A stretch of DNA of 64,000 nucleotides from Candidatus Cloacimonadota bacterium (GTDB taxonomy: Bacteria; Cloacimonadota; Cloacimonadia; Cloacimonadales; PWNZ01): the NCBI GenBank assembly GCA_003564155.1, contig PWOA01000092.1, positions 4,375-68,374 on the forward strand, given 5' to 3'. Positions 61,065-64,000 of this stretch are shown piece by piece. Below the pieces are notes generated by a model. That model was not told where the DNA came from. It did not search any database and worked only from the letters and a program-made list of their open reading frames with translations. Numbering within the stretch: the first letter of the stretch is position 1; each line of letters begins with the position of its first letter. Position numbers and translations under genes: made by a program.

Positions 61065-63173
61065 ATGACAAGTCAATTAGAAAAAAGAGTATTCATTCTT
61101 TTCTTTGTCATCACCTTCGTTATGATATTCCTACTTATCTTAATATCCTGGCAGATAATAGCATTCAGTATCCGCCAAAATGAAGACAGAGAAATTAAAG
61201 ATAGATTCACCAAAATCGAAACCAGTATAAAAAATTATTCGCAAAATAGAAATCACATGTTAAGCGAAATCAGTAATCATCAAGAATTACAACAAGCTTT
61301 TCTGCTTAATGATTCTCTCAAAATCCGGCAATTATTTGATTCTCTCCGAACTCCGGAACAAAGAGGAATATTCTACCTTTATGACGAACAGGGAGAAAAG
61401 ATATACGGTGATAGATTCCCTATAGCTGAATTGCAGATTAACAGAATTTTTGAAACAGCTGCTTTCGCTTACGACAGCTTTTTACCTATCGCCGTAGGAA
61501 GAGAAATTTTTATGCTTTTTGTTAAAAAAACAGTCATTCCTGCTGATCATTCCGATTTAATTTATTATCTCTTTCATTTAGAGCAATTTGATAATTCATT
61601 AGTCAGATTACCCTCAGATTTACAAGCTTTTTTCTTTACTAATCCTGAAAACTTGGGAAATATCAACTTGCCGGATAATTATAAGCAAAGCAGTCATCAA
61701 CTGCAAGCAGCAGTTAATAGGGCAGTTGATAACACCGGTAAATCACACTTTATTCGTCTTTCTCTTGAGTTAGGTGGTGCTGTGCTTATTTACGAGGATA
61801 TATTCAATCATCCTGCGATGATAGTATTCTCTCCTTATTACCGGAATCTGAATCAATTTGCTCATCAAGGATTACTATTTGTCTTTCTTATTCTTACCGG
61901 TATAGCTCTTTTGATGATTACATTATCTGCTAACTGGTTTAAGGGAAAAATTATTGCACCGGTCAAAGAAGTTAGCCACAAAATGAAAACCATCGCAAGT
62001 AATCCAACTACAATTATGCCTCCCGGAAAAAAATATAGCGGTATATTAGGTGACATGATTGATACTTTCTATAATATGAATAATGCCCTGCATAATTATG
62101 GTAATTCATTAATGGTATATAAAACCATCACCGACCATTTAGATTCCGGTATCCTTTGGATGGATGCCGATATGAAAATCATTATCTGTAATCCCAGTAT
62201 TCTAACAATTTTCGACTATACGAACATAACCGAGGTTATCGGTCTTCGGCTTGACGAGTTACTAAATGTTGACCAGCACATTATTGATGATGCTAAGTCG
62301 CAAGGAGTATATAATCCCCGTTTAGAAATTAAAATAGGCAAAGCTAGTAAGTTTGTTAGATTTGTTGTTTTTAGTGTTAAGCAAACAAATGATAAATCCG
62401 GTATCAGACATATTGCCAGTATTTACGATATAACCACTGAGATTAAGGAAGCTGCAGCTCGTGAAAGATTAGAGTTTGAACTTATCAAGAGTAATCGACT
62501 TGCTGAATTGGGCCGTTTGGCGGAAGGAATTGTCCATAATATTAACTCTCCTCTTAATAATATCGTCGGATATGCTCAGCTTATCAAGAAAAATTATCCT
62601 GAGAATAAGGACATCGAAAAAATTCTCAGCGTCGGAAGCTCCATTGCAGCTTCCGTAAAAAAACTTCTTAGTAAGGTCAGAGAAGACAATATCTCCATGA
62701 TAAGACCGATCGATATCAATAATCTGATTACCTTGGAACTTGATATGTGCCGGCATAATATTTTCTTCTCCCAAAATATTAAACTTAAAACTGATCTCGC
62801 TCCCCGATCATTGATGACAGATGCTTCACATGGTGATATTAGTATCTGTATTGCTAACATAATAAATAATGCAATATATGCTATGCAGGAAACAGACAAA
62901 AAAGAATTATCGGTTGCAACTGCAAAGAAACATAGCCGGATTATCATCAAAATTGCAGATACCGGCACCGGCATTGACCCCCGGTATATCAACAAAATAT
63001 TCAATCCCGACTTTACTACCAAAAATGTCGATTCTGCAGGTGGCTATGGTTTAGGGTTAGCTATAAGTAAAAGTATTATTGAAAAGTATAACGGCAAAAT
63101 TGAAGTTCAGTCTGAATTGGGTTCCGGCAGTTCTTTTACCATCTATCTCCCCTACAGTTCGACGGCAACATAG
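61065..63173 (+). CDS. Membrane sensor histidine kinase (TM-periplasmic-TM-HAMP-PAS-HisKA-HATPase)
   Basis: H-box GIVHNINSPL, N box NIINNA, DTGTGI, FTTK, GYGLGL. Confidence 0.9.
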   Translation: MTSQLEKRVFILFFVITFVMIFLLILISWQIIAFSIRQNEDREIKDRFTKIETSIKNYSQNRNHMLSEISNHQELQQAFLLNDSLKIRQLFDSLRTPEQRGIFYLYDEQGEKIYGDRFPIAELQINRIFETAAFAYDSFLPIAVGREIFMLFVKKTVIPADHSDLIYYLFHLEQFDNSLVRLPSDLQAFFFTNPENLGNINLPDNYKQSSHQLQAAVNRAVDNTGKSHFIRLSLELGGAVLIYEDIFNHPAMIVFSPYYRNLNQFAHQGLLFVFLILTGIALLMITLSANWFKGKIIAPVKEVSHKMKTIASNPTTIMPPGKKYSGILGDMIDTFYNMNNALHNYGNSLMVYKTITDHLDSGILWMDADMKIIICNPSILTIFDYTNITEVIGLRLDELLNVDQHIIDDAKSQGVYNPRLEIKIGKASKFVRFVVFSVKQTNDKSGIRHIASIYDITTEIKEAAARERLEFELIKSNRLAELGRLAEGIVHNINSPLNNIVGYAQLIKKNYPENKDIEKILSVGSSIAASVKKLLSKVREDNISMIRPIDINNLITLELDMCRHNIFFSQNIKLKTDLAPRSLMTDASHGDISICIANIINNAIYAMQETDKKELSVATAKKHSRIIIKIADTGTGIDPRYINKIFNPDFTTKNVDSAGGYGLGLAISKSIIEKYNGKIEVQSELGSGSSFTIYLPYSSTAT

Positions 63174-63229
63174 AGAGAATTAGCTTTACCGTTACCACTG
63201 GGGGACTAAAGAAACATGAGGTAACTAAT

Positions 63230-64000
63230 ATGATCGATAAACCGAAATTACTTATCATTGACGATGAATTAGACACTTTAGAGATCTTTAGCCGTCATTT
63301 ACAACCCGGCTATGATGTCGATACCGCTACCAGTGCTGATGAAGCTTTACGTAAACTATCAGAGAAACAATACCATATTGCCATGACGGATTTAGTCATG
63401 CCGACTATAGATGGCTTGGAATTACTCTCCAAAATAAAAAGTAGTCATCCTGAAACTGCAGTTATTGTTATCAGCGGGAAGGCAACAATTAGTATGGCCG
63501 TTAAGGCTATCAAAAACGGAGCTGAAGATTTCATTGAAAAACCGGTCGAAGATTTAGATCTGATCAATATCACTGTTGATAAAATCATGAAAATGCATTG
63601 GCAGGCTGAAGAAATTGTCCGTCTGAGACAAAAACTGTCAGCTTCTTTCGATACTCAGAATATTATCGGTAATAGCTTAGCTCTGCAAAAAATCATCGAA
63701 AATGTCAGACTTATAGCTCCTTTAGACACTACCGTCGTCATTAGCGGAGAAACAGGTGTCGGCAAAGAACTTGTCGCTGAATTAATTTACCGAAACAGCA
63801 AGCGGAAAAATAATAAATTTGTCACCCTTAATTGTGGCTCTCTACCGGAAACCCTATTAGAAAGCACGCTCTTCGGGCATAAAAAAGGATCTTTTACCGA
63901 TGCTATTCGTGATAGAATGGGTTATTTTGAAGAAGCCGACGGCGGAACTCTGTTATTGGATGAAATCACTGAAACTTCACCAGCTTTTCAAATTAAACTT
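63230..64000 (+). CDS. NtrC-type sigma54-dependent response regulator (runs off window end)
   Basis: Manual translation: LLIIDDE...TDLVMP..DG...FIEKP receiver; Walker A GETGVGKE; ESTLFGHKKGSFTDA; LLLDE. Confidence 0.9.
   Translation, partial: MIDKPKLLIIDDELDTLEIFSRHLQPGYDVDTATSADEALRKLSEKQYHIAMTDLVMPTIDGLELLSKIKSSHPETAVIVISGKATISMAVKAIKNGAEDFIEKPVEDLDLINITVDKIMKMHWQAEEIVRLRQKLSASFDTQNIIGNSLALQKIIENVRLIAPLDTTVVISGETGVGKELVAELIYRNSKRKNNKFVTLNCGSLPETLLESTLFGHKKGSFTDAIRDRMGYFEEADGGTLLLDEITETSPAFQIKL

Overview
AT-rich (roughly one-third GC by eye) chromosomal segment of an anaerobic, diderm, amino-acid-fermenting bacterium. Gene content and style suggest Candidatus Cloacimonadota (inference only). 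It is mostly core genome: dapF/dapB, hutI, a nonsense-split serC, a complete Na+-type F1Fo ATP synthase operon downstream of rsmG-parA-parB-M23-bactofilin, carbamate kinase beside a COG2403 (ArcE-like arginine synthetase) gene, xerC, a four-subunit [FeFe]-hydrogenase with hydG/hydF, a Bacteroides-type serine palmitoyltransferase, surE-pcm, rnc, the rpmF-plsX-fabHDG-acpP-fabF cluster, tpiA, serS and an NtrB/NtrC-like pair. The most striking feature is that the atp operon has two c-subunit genes: a normal 81-aa Na+-binding c and a 248-aa c made of three fused hairpins with degenerate ion sites, predicting a hybrid rotor with a 6-helix subunit. Also notable: hydrogenase subunits whose thioredoxin-like Fe-S domains have lost their cysteine ligands, plus non-bifurcating signatures; a structured, repeat-rich arcC leader; a possible remote DGR target lipoprotein; and a decayed RAYT transposase with a 135-bp REP-bearing element present twice. 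I found no rRNA, tRNA or CRISPR array. All calls come from reading the sequence and recalled family motifs; no searches were run.
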